Source of the DNA: Acidobacteriota bacterium
GTDB lineage: Bacteria > Acidobacteriota > UBA6911 > RPQK01 > JADFOI01
Length of the DNA: 36,034 nucleotides
Assembly: GCA_036445815.1 (NCBI GenBank)
Contig: JAZFRU010000057.1
Coordinates: 1-36,034 of the forward strand
Direction of reading: 5' to 3'
Part shown: positions 26,203 to 34,184 of the stretch, piece after piece
Position numbering within the stretch: position 1 is the stretch's first letter
Layout of the letters: every line of letters starts with the position of its first letter
Notes under the pieces: model-generated
What the model was told of the DNA's origin: nothing
Databases searched by the model: none
Seen by the model: only the letters and a program-made list of their open reading frames with translations
Made by a program: the position numbers and the translations under genes

Positions 26203-27192
26203 TCATACCCTCACGCCCTGTACCAACACCTTCATGGTATCGGAAATACCTCCAGGAATGAGAAGGTTTTTCAGGCCCAGCCGGTCTTCCACACGCTCTG
26301 GATTGAGGATTCCCCGGGATTCCTCCTCTTCGAGGTGATTTCCCAGTCCCCACCTGTGGAGAAAGCGACGCTGGGTCGTCAGAGGTTCACTGGTCCAACC
26401 AAGCCTCTCACTGGTCTGAGCCATCACCTCAAAATTGACGTGAGCAGTGATATCCTGGCGCCCCAGGTTGACATAAGGATCGGTCACCACCTGATGACGA
26501 TAATAACAAAGGAGCGTTCCCTGAGGACGGTCCATCGCTCGATACTCTTCCCAGTCATATCCGTAGTCCACCGTCAGTACATAAGCCGAATCGATTCGCC
26601 GGTCCAGGTCTTCCATCACGTCGATCATCCTCAGATTCACCTCGTATTCATGGTCGTCCTGCCAATCCCTGAATCCGGTCTTCATGTATTCCAGAATTCG
26701 AGGATCGGTGACCTCCCCCTCCAGTTCCGATAGCTCTTCATCAACCTTGACATATATCTCTCGAAGCCCCGATTCCCTGGCCCGGACACGATGAACGGGG
26801 AGGGCATCAAAGAACTCATTGGAAAACACAATCCCCTGTATGCCGTCAGGGATATCCTCTCCGACCTCCACCGGACAGTACTCCACTTTCTCGAAAATCT
26901 CGGGATGAATCTGCTGGAGTCGAATCAGGATGTCACGGCCCAGAAACCCCTCTCCCACGCCCAGTTCCACCAGATAAAAAGGTTCGGGGCAGACCAGGAG
27001 CTGGAAATAATGGGCCAATGCGTCGGCCAGACAATCGGCAAAGATTCGATGAGTATAGGGTGATGTGTAGTAATCTCCCCTGGCTCCGAAAATCGGCTTC
27101 TTGGTGGTGTAATAACCCTGCTCCGGGTCATAAAGACAAAAGTCCATGAATTGCTCGAAGGTTACCGGCTGATTTTTCCAGGGGAGAATCAC
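26203..27192 (-). CDS. MidA/NDUFAF7-family SAM-dependent methyltransferase
   Basis: FM..CLYDP..GYY, GDYYTSP, ELGVGEG, SNEFFDALPV, DYG, QDITAHVNF. Confidence 0.9.
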   Translation of the reverse strand: MILPWKNQPVTFEQFMDFCLYDPEQGYYTTKKPIFGARGDYYTSPYTHRIFADCLADALAHYFQLLVCPEPFYLVELGVGEGFLGRDILIRLQQIHPEIFEKVEYCPVEVGEDIPDGIQGIVFSNEFFDALPVHRVRARESGLREIYVKVDEELSELEGEVTDPRILEYMKTGFRDWQDDHEYEVNLRMIDVMEDLDRRIDSAYVLTVDYGYDWEEYRAMDRPQGTLLCYYRHQVVTDPYVNLGRQDITAHVNFEVMAQTSERLGWTSEPLTTQRRFLHRWGLGNHLEEEESRGILNPERVEDRLGLKNLLIPGGISDTMKVLVQGVRV

Positions 27193-27261
27193 TTCAGGTC
27201 ACCGACAAAGGCGGGCACTGGCCGCAGACAGAAATTTCACCACGACAATCGAAACCACAGG

Positions 27262-27296
27262 AGCCCGCATGACACATCGGTTCTGTACTGCATCGG
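27262..27296 (+). repeat. Orphan end of the MITE-like element
   Basis: AGCCCGCATGACACATCGGTTCTGTACTGCATCGG; related to 31870-31905, 33215-33249 and both ends of 1-162. Confidence 0.55.
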
Positions 27297-27324
27297 TGCC
27301 AACAGCGAGCCGCCAGTCAGGGGA

Positions 27325-27744
27325 TCAGCCGGTCAGTTCCAGTTCATTAAAAAAATAACTGATCTCGAAACTGGAAGACTCGGGGCTGTCGCTGCCGTGT
27401 GCGCCATTGCGCTCAATGTTTTCGCCAAACCGTGCTCGGATGGTTCCCTCCTCGGCTTCGGAGGGATTGGTCGCTCCCATGATCTCACGCCATTGGGTGA
27501 TGGCATTCTCACCTTGAAACACAAGAACCATGATGGGCCCTTCGCTCATGAACTCGGTGAGACTCGCGAAAAAACCCTTCTCGCGATGAACATGGTAAAA
27601 GCCCTGAACCTCCGCTTGGGTGAGATGCAGCAGCTTGGCCCCGATGATCGAAAGCTCTTTTGCTTCCGCCATGGCAATGATCTGTCCCGTAAACTTACTA
27701 TTAAAGGCATCCGGCTTGATAATGGCTAATGTTCGTTCCTGCAA
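27325..27744 (-). CDS. ndk: Nucleoside-diphosphate kinase
   Basis: ERTLAIIKPDA, FY.VH, MGATNP, GTIR, NGAHGSDS; TTG start. Confidence 0.97.
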   Translation of the reverse strand: MQERTLAIIKPDAFNSKFTGQIIAMAEAKELSIIGAKLLHLTQAEVQGFYHVHREKGFFASLTEFMSEGPIMVLVFQGENAITQWREIMGATNPSEAEEGTIRARFGENIERNGAHGSDSPESSSFEISYFFNELELTG

Positions 27745-27821
27745 TTTCTTAGTTCCTCATACTGCTTGTGGGGGTTGAAGCGAGGTACTGCACCTCGTTT
27801 TGTTCTGGAATGTTGCCGGAG

Positions 27822-28700
27822 TCAGGCTCCCTGTTGGAGGATTTCCGCCATTCCCGATCCGATCTCGGCAGGGCTTTCCACGACCCGGATCCCGCATTCC
27901 CTCATTTTTTTCATTTTCTCGCTGGCGGTGCCCTTCCCCTGGGAGATGATCGCCCCGGCATGCCCCATGCGGCGCCCCGGTGGTGCCGTCTGTCCGGCGA
28001 TAAATCCCACCACCGGCTTCTTGAAATGGGCCTTGATGTAATCCGCCGCTTCTTCTTCGGCCGAACCTCCGATTTCTCCAATCATCACCACGGCATCCGT
28101 TTCAGGGTCCTCGTTGAAGGCCTTCAGGGCATCGATAAAGCCGGTACCGATAATCGGATCCCCTCCGATTCCAATACAGGTGCTCTGACCGATATCTCTC
28201 GAACTTAACTGTCCCACCGCCTCATAGGTCAGAGTTCCACTTCTGGAAATACATCCCACACGACCTTCCTTGTGAATGGGGCCGGGCATGATCCCTATCT
28301 TGGATTTTCCGGGGGAGATGATGCCGGGACAATTGGGACCGATCAATCGACTTTCGGTTTCCTTCATGAACTGAGTGACCCGAAGCATGTCAAAGACAGG
28401 AATCCCTTCAGTGATACACACGACCAGCGGGACGCCGGCCTCCACTGCCTCCATGATGGCATCCGCAGCAAAGGGAGGAGGTACCAGAATCATGCTGCAG
28501 TCAGAACCCGTTGCCTTCACCGCTTCATTGACCGTATTGAAAACAGGAACTCCATCGTGGGAGGTGCCGCCTTTTCCGGGCGTGACCCCGGCTACAATCT
28601 GGGTACCATACTCTCGACACTTGGCGGCATGGAAGCTCCCCTCCCTGCCGGTTAAACCCTGAACCACAACTTTTGAGTTCTCATCGATCCAAATGGCCAA
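27822..28700 (-). CDS. sucD: Succinyl-CoA synthetase alpha subunit
   Basis: [38 protein letters not shown]. Confidence 0.97.
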   Translation of the reverse strand: MAIWIDENSKVVVQGLTGREGSFHAAKCREYGTQIVAGVTPGKGGTSHDGVPVFNTVNEAVKATGSDCSMILVPPPFAADAIMEAVEAGVPLVVCITEGIPVFDMLRVTQFMKETESRLIGPNCPGIISPGKSKIGIMPGPIHKEGRVGCISRSGTLTYEAVGQLSSRDIGQSTCIGIGGDPIIGTGFIDALKAFNEDPETDAVVMIGEIGGSAEEEAADYIKAHFKKPVVGFIAGQTAPPGRRMGHAGAIISQGKGTASEKMKKMRECGIRVVESPAEIGSGMAEILQQGA

Positions 28701-28703
28701 ATC

Positions 28704-29879
28704 TTAATCCCTACCCTTCGACTGAGTCAGATCGCGAACCTTGCCTGCGGCATCTGCCATATCGGTTGCCACGGCGAAATCGAGACCAGAGTTGTTCAAA
28801 ATTTCCCGTCCTTGTTCCACGTTGGTCCCGGCCAGGCGAACCACCACAGGAACATCCACACCAATGTCCTGAGCGGCCTGAACGACACCTTCGGCCACCA
28901 CATCACAGCGCATGATGCCTCCGAAAATATTGATCAAAACGGCTTTCACGTTCTTATCCGACAGCAGGATTCTGAAGGCGTTCTTGACCTGCTCCACCGT
29001 GGCCCCGCCCCCCACGTCCAGGAAGTTGGCCGGACTCGATCCCGCCAGTTTGATGATATCCATCGTGGCCATCGCCAGTCCCGCCCCATTGACCATGCAA
29101 CCCACCTGCCCGTCCAGCTTGATGTAGTTGAGTTGATGGCGAGAGGCCTCAATCTCAAGCGGCTCTTCCTCGTCAAGATCTCTCATCTCCAGGATCTCAG
29201 GATGCCGATAAAGGGCACTGTCATCGAAGCTCATCTTGGCATCCAGGGCACAGAGTTCCCCTTCATCCGTCAACACCAGCGGGTTTATTTCAGCCAGTGA
29301 GGCATCCGATGATTCAAAAGCCTGGTACAACGCATTCATGAATTGAGTCGCATTGGCCACAGCCTTTCCCTCGAGGCCCAGGCCGAATGCGATTTTTCGA
29401 GCCTGGAAGGCCTGTAAACCCACTCCCGGATGCACCGCTTCCTTGAGAATCAGCTCCGGGCTCCTTTGAGCCACTTCCTCGATCTCAACCCCACCCTCTC
29501 GACTGGCCATGAATACCGGTCTTTCCTGACTTCGATCAATAACTATCCCCAGATAAAACTCCTTTTTAATATTCATGCCCTTTTCGACCAGAACACAGTT
29601 GACGACTCTCCCTTCAGGTCCGGTCTGGGGAGTAATGAGCTTGGAACCCAGGAGTTCGCCGGCCAGTGCCTCTGCATCCTCCGGAGACTTGGCCAACTTG
29701 ATTCCACCTCCTTTGCCTCGCCCCCCCGCGTGAATCTGTGCCTTGACCGCAACCACCTTGCCGCCCAGTTCCCGGGCAATTTCACCGGCTTCAGCGGCAC
29801 TCCTGGCAACCTTTCCCTGAGGGACCTTCACCCCGTACTGGGTCAACACCTGCTTGGCTTGATATTCATGAATTTTCAT
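28704..29879 (-). CDS. sucC: Succinyl-CoA synthetase beta subunit
   Basis: [51 protein letters not shown]. Confidence 0.97.
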   Translation of the reverse strand: MKIHEYQAKQVLTQYGVKVPQGKVARSAAEAGEIARELGGKVVAVKAQIHAGGRGKGGGIKLAKSPEDAEALAGELLGSKLITPQTGPEGRVVNCVLVEKGMNIKKEFYLGIVIDRSQERPVFMASREGGVEIEEVAQRSPELILKEAVHPGVGLQAFQARKIAFGLGLEGKAVANATQFMNALYQAFESSDASLAEINPLVLTDEGELCALDAKMSFDDSALYRHPEILEMRDLDEEEPLEIEASRHQLNYIKLDGQVGCMVNGAGLAMATMDIIKLAGSSPANFLDVGGGATVEQVKNAFRILLSDKNVKAVLINIFGGIMRCDVVAEGVVQAAQDIGVDVPVVVRLAGTNVEQGREILNNSGLDFAVATDMADAAGKVRDLTQSKGRD

Positions 29880-29957
29880 GGCGAACTAATCAAACACTAT
29901 ATAATCTCGGTTTTCAAGGGGGGGACCTCCACTAACCGACATTCTGATGAGACAGCC

Positions 29958-31871
29958 ATGACCGCCTCTGGACCAAAAGAAACACCAGGACTGTGGCCCA
30001 GTCCGATTCAATCAGGCGACCTCTCAACCGCACTCCGCTTCTCCGATGTCCTGTGGGACAGCGACGGAGAGACACTGGTCTGGCGGGAAGAACGATCGGA
30101 TCACGGCGTTCTGGTGTGCCATTCAGCAGGAGATGCCTCTCCCCGTGATCTGACAACTGAATTGTCTGTTCGAGCACGCGTCGGATACGGCGGAGGAGAC
30201 TTCACGGTTGCACAGGGATGTGCCTACTTTGCCGCCGAGGGGCGCCTCTTTCGCCAGCCCCTCCTCGAGAGCCGTGCCGCCCCCATTACCCCTGCTGACG
30301 GAGGCCAGTGTACCTCGCCCACAGTTTCACCCGATGGGCAATATCTGCTCTATGTTCACTCCTATGAGGGAAGCGACGTGTTGGCAATGGTGGACACGGC
30401 AGGTCGGGATGATCCCAGAACCCTGGTCCAGGGGCACGACTTCTTCATGCAGCCCTGTTGGCACCCCAGGGGGACACAGATCGCCTGGGTTGCCTGGGAT
30501 CACCCCTCAATGCCCTGGGATTCTGCTGCCCTGTACCTGGGGGACGTGGACCTGACGCAACCTCGGCCCGAACTGGCTTCCCCAAGACTCCTGGCCGGCG
30601 CGCCCGGCGGCGACACGGCCGTCTTTCAGCCAGCCTTCTCCCCTGACGGTCGATATTTGAGTTACGCCTCAAACAACGATGACTGGTTTAACCTGCACTT
30701 GCTGGAACTGAAGAATGGTGAAGCACGGGTGCTGGTTGCAGAGGAAGCCGAACACGCCCTTCCTGCCTGGCTGCACAACATGAGAACCCAGGCCTGGAGG
30801 GCCGATGGAAAAGCCATCTATTTTCTGCGATGCAAGGATGGGTTTACCTCTCTGGCAAGATTCGACCTGTCGGACCAGGAGTCCCATGATGTTCAGGGAG
30901 ACGTCCAGCATTACACCGACCTGGCCCAGATCGCCTCCGCTCCCCAGGGAAACCTGGCACTGATCGCCTCCTCAACCACGACTCCGGCCCGGATCATTTC
31001 TGTCCCGGACCCCGGACCGGTGCGCATCCACCGGCACAGCAGTCAGGAAGACATCCAGGAATCCTATCTCAGCCGCCCTGAACCCTTGAGTTGGCAGGTT
31101 GACACCGACGGGTTAGTCAACCACTGTCACGGGCTATACTATCCCCCCGCCCATCCCGACTATCAATGCTCTGAACCACCTCCCACCATCATCAAGATCC
31201 ATGGCGGTCCCACCTCCCAGTACCGGGCCGGCTACTCTGCGGAGACTCAGTTTTTTACCAGCCGAGGTTATGCGGTTCTGGAACTCAATTACCGAGGAAG
31301 CTCGGGATACGGCACCTCGTACGCGGCCGCTTTGAAAGAAAACTGGGGAGTCTCGGACGTCGCAGATACCCACTCGGCAGTCGAATATCTCCTCACCCAG
31401 AGGCTGGCCAACGCTCGGCAGATCGTTGTGATGGGCGGCAGCGCAGGGGGCTATACCGTGTTGATGAGCCTGATCGCCTACCCCGGGGTCTTCCGAGCCG
31501 GCATCTGTCGCTACGCCGTCTCGAATCTGTTCAGCTTGACCGAAGATACCCATAAATTCGAGCAGCATTACCTGGATTCTCTGGTGGGAAAACTGCCCGA
31601 GCATCACGATAGATATCGTCAGCGGTCTCCCGTCTTCTCAGCCGAGAAAATCGAGGATCCTGTGGCCATCTTCCAGGGAGAAAAAGATCAGGTGGTGCCG
31701 CGCTCTCAGTCCGACGAAATCGTCGAGTCCCTGATCCGGCAGGAAGTCCCTCACCTGTACCAGATTTATCCGGGAGAGGGTCATGGATGGCGCAAGAGCG
31801 CGACCATTGAGGACTACTATGGGAAGGTCGAACGGTTCCTGCAACAATACGTGATCGAGCAGGCCCACTAG
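29958..31871 (+). CDS. S9 family (prolyl oligopeptidase/acylaminoacyl-peptidase-like) peptidase
   Basis: G.W.SPI N-terminus, beta-propeller repeats (SPDG), HGGPT, GGSAGG nucleophile, QGEKDQVV, EGHG; true start ATG 29958. Confidence 0.93.
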   Translation: MTASGPKETPGLWPSPIQSGDLSTALRFSDVLWDSDGETLVWREERSDHGVLVCHSAGDASPRDLTTELSVRARVGYGGGDFTVAQGCAYFAAEGRLFRQPLLESRAAPITPADGGQCTSPTVSPDGQYLLYVHSYEGSDVLAMVDTAGRDDPRTLVQGHDFFMQPCWHPRGTQIAWVAWDHPSMPWDSAALYLGDVDLTQPRPELASPRLLAGAPGGDTAVFQPAFSPDGRYLSYASNNDDWFNLHLLELKNGEARVLVAEEAEHALPAWLHNMRTQAWRADGKAIYFLRCKDGFTSLARFDLSDQESHDVQGDVQHYTDLAQIASAPQGNLALIASSTTTPARIISVPDPGPVRIHRHSSQEDIQESYLSRPEPLSWQVDTDGLVNHCHGLYYPPAHPDYQCSEPPPTIIKIHGGPTSQYRAGYSAETQFFTSRGYAVLELNYRGSSGYGTSYAAALKENWGVSDVADTHSAVEYLLTQRLANARQIVVMGGSAGGYTVLMSLIAYPGVFRAGICRYAVSNLFSLTEDTHKFEQHYLDSLVGKLPEHHDRYRQRSPVFSAEKIEDPVAIFQGEKDQVVPRSQSDEIVESLIRQEVPHLYQIYPGEGHGWRKSATIEDYYGKVERFLQQYVIEQAH

Positions 31872-31905
31872 CCCGCATTTCTCACACCCCCTCTACTGCA
31901 TCGGC
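31868..31905 (+). repeat. 38-bp direct repeat / orphan MITE-like end, copy 1
   Basis: CTAGCCCGCATTTCTCACACCCCCTCTACTGCATCGGC; differs from 33213-33249 by one indel and one substitution; includes the peptidase TAG stop. Confidence 0.8.
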
Positions 31906-31908
31906 TCT

Positions 31909-31957
31909 CGCCTTCATCTGAGCGAAGCGAAGCCGCCTTCATCTGAACGGAGTGAAG
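31909..31957. repeat. Tandem 24-bp imperfect palindromic repeat
   Basis: CGCCTTCATCTGAGCGAAGCGAAG (31909-31932) and CGCCTTCATCTGAACGGAGTGAAG (31934-31957), 3 mismatches. Confidence 0.7.
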
Positions 31958-32107
31958 AATGATCCACCCCGATTGTGTTGCTGCCATGAAAAGAGGATCT
32001 TCGCTCTGTCCTGGTGGTAGAACTTGAAATTCGGAATTCAGGATTTCTAATTTCGACCGGGAGTCAGGGATCAGAGAGTCCGGATCGTGCTAGAATTCCC
32101 TGTTAAA

Positions 32108-33199
32108 GTGAAGACGGATATTCTCATCGTTGGCGCGGGCTTTGCGGGAGCTTCCACCGCCTTTCATTTGAGCCAAGATCTATCCGACTCCATCCTGGTG
32201 ATCGAAAAAGAGGAGATACCCGGTTTTCATGCCTCTGGCCGCAATGCCTCACTGGTGCTCCAATCCACCTCAAATGTCCACATCCGCCCGCTGGTCGCAG
32301 CCAGCCGGAGAGCCTACCAGGAACACGCGGCTGAAGTAGGCTTCAAGCAGAATGGTTCGCTTTTGATCGGTCACAAGGCCTTGCTGGAGGCTACACGCCA
32401 GCCGGACCTGATTCCCTCGGAGTATCGTGACCCGAATGAGATCACCCGGCAGATCCCGATTTTGAAGGACCACGCTTTTGAGGCAGCCCTGTGGACTCCT
32501 TCGGATGGAACCATGGATATTTCCCAGCTTTTGCAGTTTTACATTCAGGGTTCTCGAGACCGGGGTGTTGAATTTCGTTTTGATTGCCCGCTCCTGGATG
32601 TCACCGGGACGGGCCCCTACCAGGTGAAGACCTCTCACGGCACCATTGAAGCCGGCTATCTCATTGATGCCGCCGGAGCCTGGATCTCCCAGGTGGCCGA
32701 TCTGGCTGATGCTTCCCACCTCGAACTCTCCCCCTTGAAAAGGCATCTCTTCGTGCTGGATGACACTCCCGAACTGGCGCCCGGGCAGCCCTTCGTCTGG
32801 AGTCTCTCGGAGAACTTCTACTTCAGACCTGAATCGGGAGGCCTTCTTTTCTGCATCTGCGACGAAGAAAAGAGCAGCAGCCTGGAACCCACCGTCAGTC
32901 CTGATATCTCCCAGTCCCTGGCCGAACGGGTATGGCTGCAGCTCCCGGCCCTTCGTGAGGCGACGCAGAGGGAGGTGTGGGCCTGCTTCCGGACCCGGGC
33001 TCCCGACGACTCCCTGGTTATCGGGTGGGATCCGAGACAGGATCATCTGTTCTGGGTGGGAGCCCTGGGCGGTCACGGCATGGGAGCCAGCTGGGAAATC
33101 GGCCGCCTGGCATCGCAGCGATTTATCGATCCGACCCGCACCAGGCCGCAGCTCTTTGATCCCGCTCGTTTCAAATCAACCGTTGCGGAAAGCCAGTAG
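32108..33199 (+). CDS. DAO-family FAD-dependent oxidoreductase (D-amino-acid/sarcosine oxidase-like)
   Basis: IVGAGFAG, HASGRNA, DAAGAW, YFRPE.GG, LGGHG; start probably GTG 32108 (track gives 32087), with TG-C-TAGAAT at 32088-32096 as a possible -10. Confidence 0.88.
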   Translation: MKTDILIVGAGFAGASTAFHLSQDLSDSILVIEKEEIPGFHASGRNASLVLQSTSNVHIRPLVAASRRAYQEHAAEVGFKQNGSLLIGHKALLEATRQPDLIPSEYRDPNEITRQIPILKDHAFEAALWTPSDGTMDISQLLQFYIQGSRDRGVEFRFDCPLLDVTGTGPYQVKTSHGTIEAGYLIDAAGAWISQVADLADASHLELSPLKRHLFVLDDTPELAPGQPFVWSLSENFYFRPESGGLLFCICDEEKSSSLEPTVSPDISQSLAERVWLQLPALREATQREVWACFRTRAPDDSLVIGWDPRQDHLFWVGALGGHGMGASWEIGRLASQRFIDPTRTRPQLFDPARFKSTVAESQ

Positions 33200-33212
33200 C
33201 AGAGTTCCGAAG

Positions 33213-33249
33213 CTAGCCGCATTTCTCACACCTCCTCTACTGCATCGGC
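33213..33249 (+). repeat. 37-bp direct repeat / orphan MITE-like end, copy 2
   Basis: CTAGCCGCATTTCTCACACCTCCTCTACTGCATCGGC. Confidence 0.8.
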
Positions 33250-33264
33250 ACTTCGGGCCTCGCG

Positions 33265-33504
33265 CGTTTCACGTTTAACGTTTCAGGTTTCACGAAAGAA
33301 GAAGAGGAGAGCCGCTCATAGAGCGGCCACTACACAATCACGCCACATCTGTGACACCCCTCCGGGGGTCAGGGGGCAGGGGCGCACGGCCGTGCGCCCT
33401 CTTCGCCTCAAAGTCCTTGCTGTGGGCGCACCGCGTGCGCCCCTACCTTCCCCTTCGTTAAACGTGAAACTTGAAACGTGAAACGCGCTGGTCTTCGATC
33501 AGCG
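33265..33504. repeat. Composite intergenic element: inverted heptamer arrays bracketing three REP palindromes, ending in a hairpin
   Basis: Array 33265-33294; REP 33311-33333 (minus strand GTAG-TG-GCCGCTCTATGAGCGGC); perfect palindrome 33380-33399; REP 33424-33446 (minus strand GTAG-GGGCGCACGCGGTGCGCCC); array 33456-33485; hairpin CGCTGGTC-TTC-GATCAGCG 33486-33504. Confidence 0.85.
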
Positions 33505-33509
33505 GCCGG

Positions 33510-34184
33510 TCAGGAGTCAGCCACCGCCCCCAAACATTCTGGGCACAACACGCACTCCCGACACAGCGGCACTTTTCGACAACTCCGCTTGGCATGTTCC
33601 ACGATCAGGGCGTGGAATCTCTTGTAAAGAGATATCTCCACGGGCAGCTGGGATTCGAAAAGATCTTTGATGTCGTCATAGCTGGCCCCGGAACCCAATA
33701 TTCCATAACGCTCAAAGATCCGCCGGGTGTAGGCGTCGATCACGAAGTGGGTTTGGTCGCAGGCATACAGCAGAATCGAGTCGGCCGTCTCGGGGCCAAC
33801 GCCTTTGATGGCCAGAAGTTGTGCCCGCTGGACCTGGCGGTAGAAATCCCCTGGGTAGTCGGAGATGAAGCGTGTGATGACTTTCAAACGCCGTGCCTTT
33901 TGTCTGAAAAACCCGGATGAACGAATCGCCTCTTCCAGCCGGGGCAAGGAGCAACCAAGAATAGTCTCCTCGTCCACCAGCCCCTCCTGAATCATTCGCT
34001 CCAGGGCCTTCTCAACATTATTCCAGTTGACATTCTGGGTCAGGATGGCGCCCACCACGACTTCCAGACCTGGAGGTTGGAAGTTTCGGCTCACCGGCCA
34101 ATCCCCACCGGGCCAACCAGCCGGAGACGGGTAGATTCGCTCAAGGGCCTGATAGATCTGGAGGAACCTCCGGTCTTGCCCCAT
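33510..34184 (-). CDS. Endonuclease III-related HhH-GPD DNA glycosylase
   Basis: VGAILTQN.NW.NVEKA, SGFFRQKA, IKGVGPETADSI, VIDAYT, C-terminal C-x5-C-x2-C-x5-C Fe-S motif. Confidence 0.9.
   Translation of the reverse strand: MGQDRRFLQIYQALERIYPSPAGWPGGDWPVSRNFQPPGLEVVVGAILTQNVNWNNVEKALERMIQEGLVDEETILGCSLPRLEEAIRSSGFFRQKARRLKVITRFISDYPGDFYRQVQRAQLLAIKGVGPETADSILLYACDQTHFVIDAYTRRIFERYGILGSGASYDDIKDLFESQLPVEISLYKRFHALIVEHAKRSCRKVPLCRECVLCPECLGAVADS

Noticed and set aside
27199-27270. 23-codon minus-strand ORF between ndk and the methyltransferase
   Set aside because: No RBS or motif, and its ATG lies inside the orphan repeat end.
29430-29957. 176-aa N-terminal extension of the S9 peptidase in the ORF track
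   Set aside because: Overlaps sucC on the opposite strand; family-like sequence begins at ATG 29958.
266-33504. Repeats considered as a CRISPR array or attC/integron sites
   Set aside because: Copies are dispersed, lack regular unique spacers, flank core genes, and no cas or integrase gene is present; GTTT cores only superficially resemble attC GTTRRRY.
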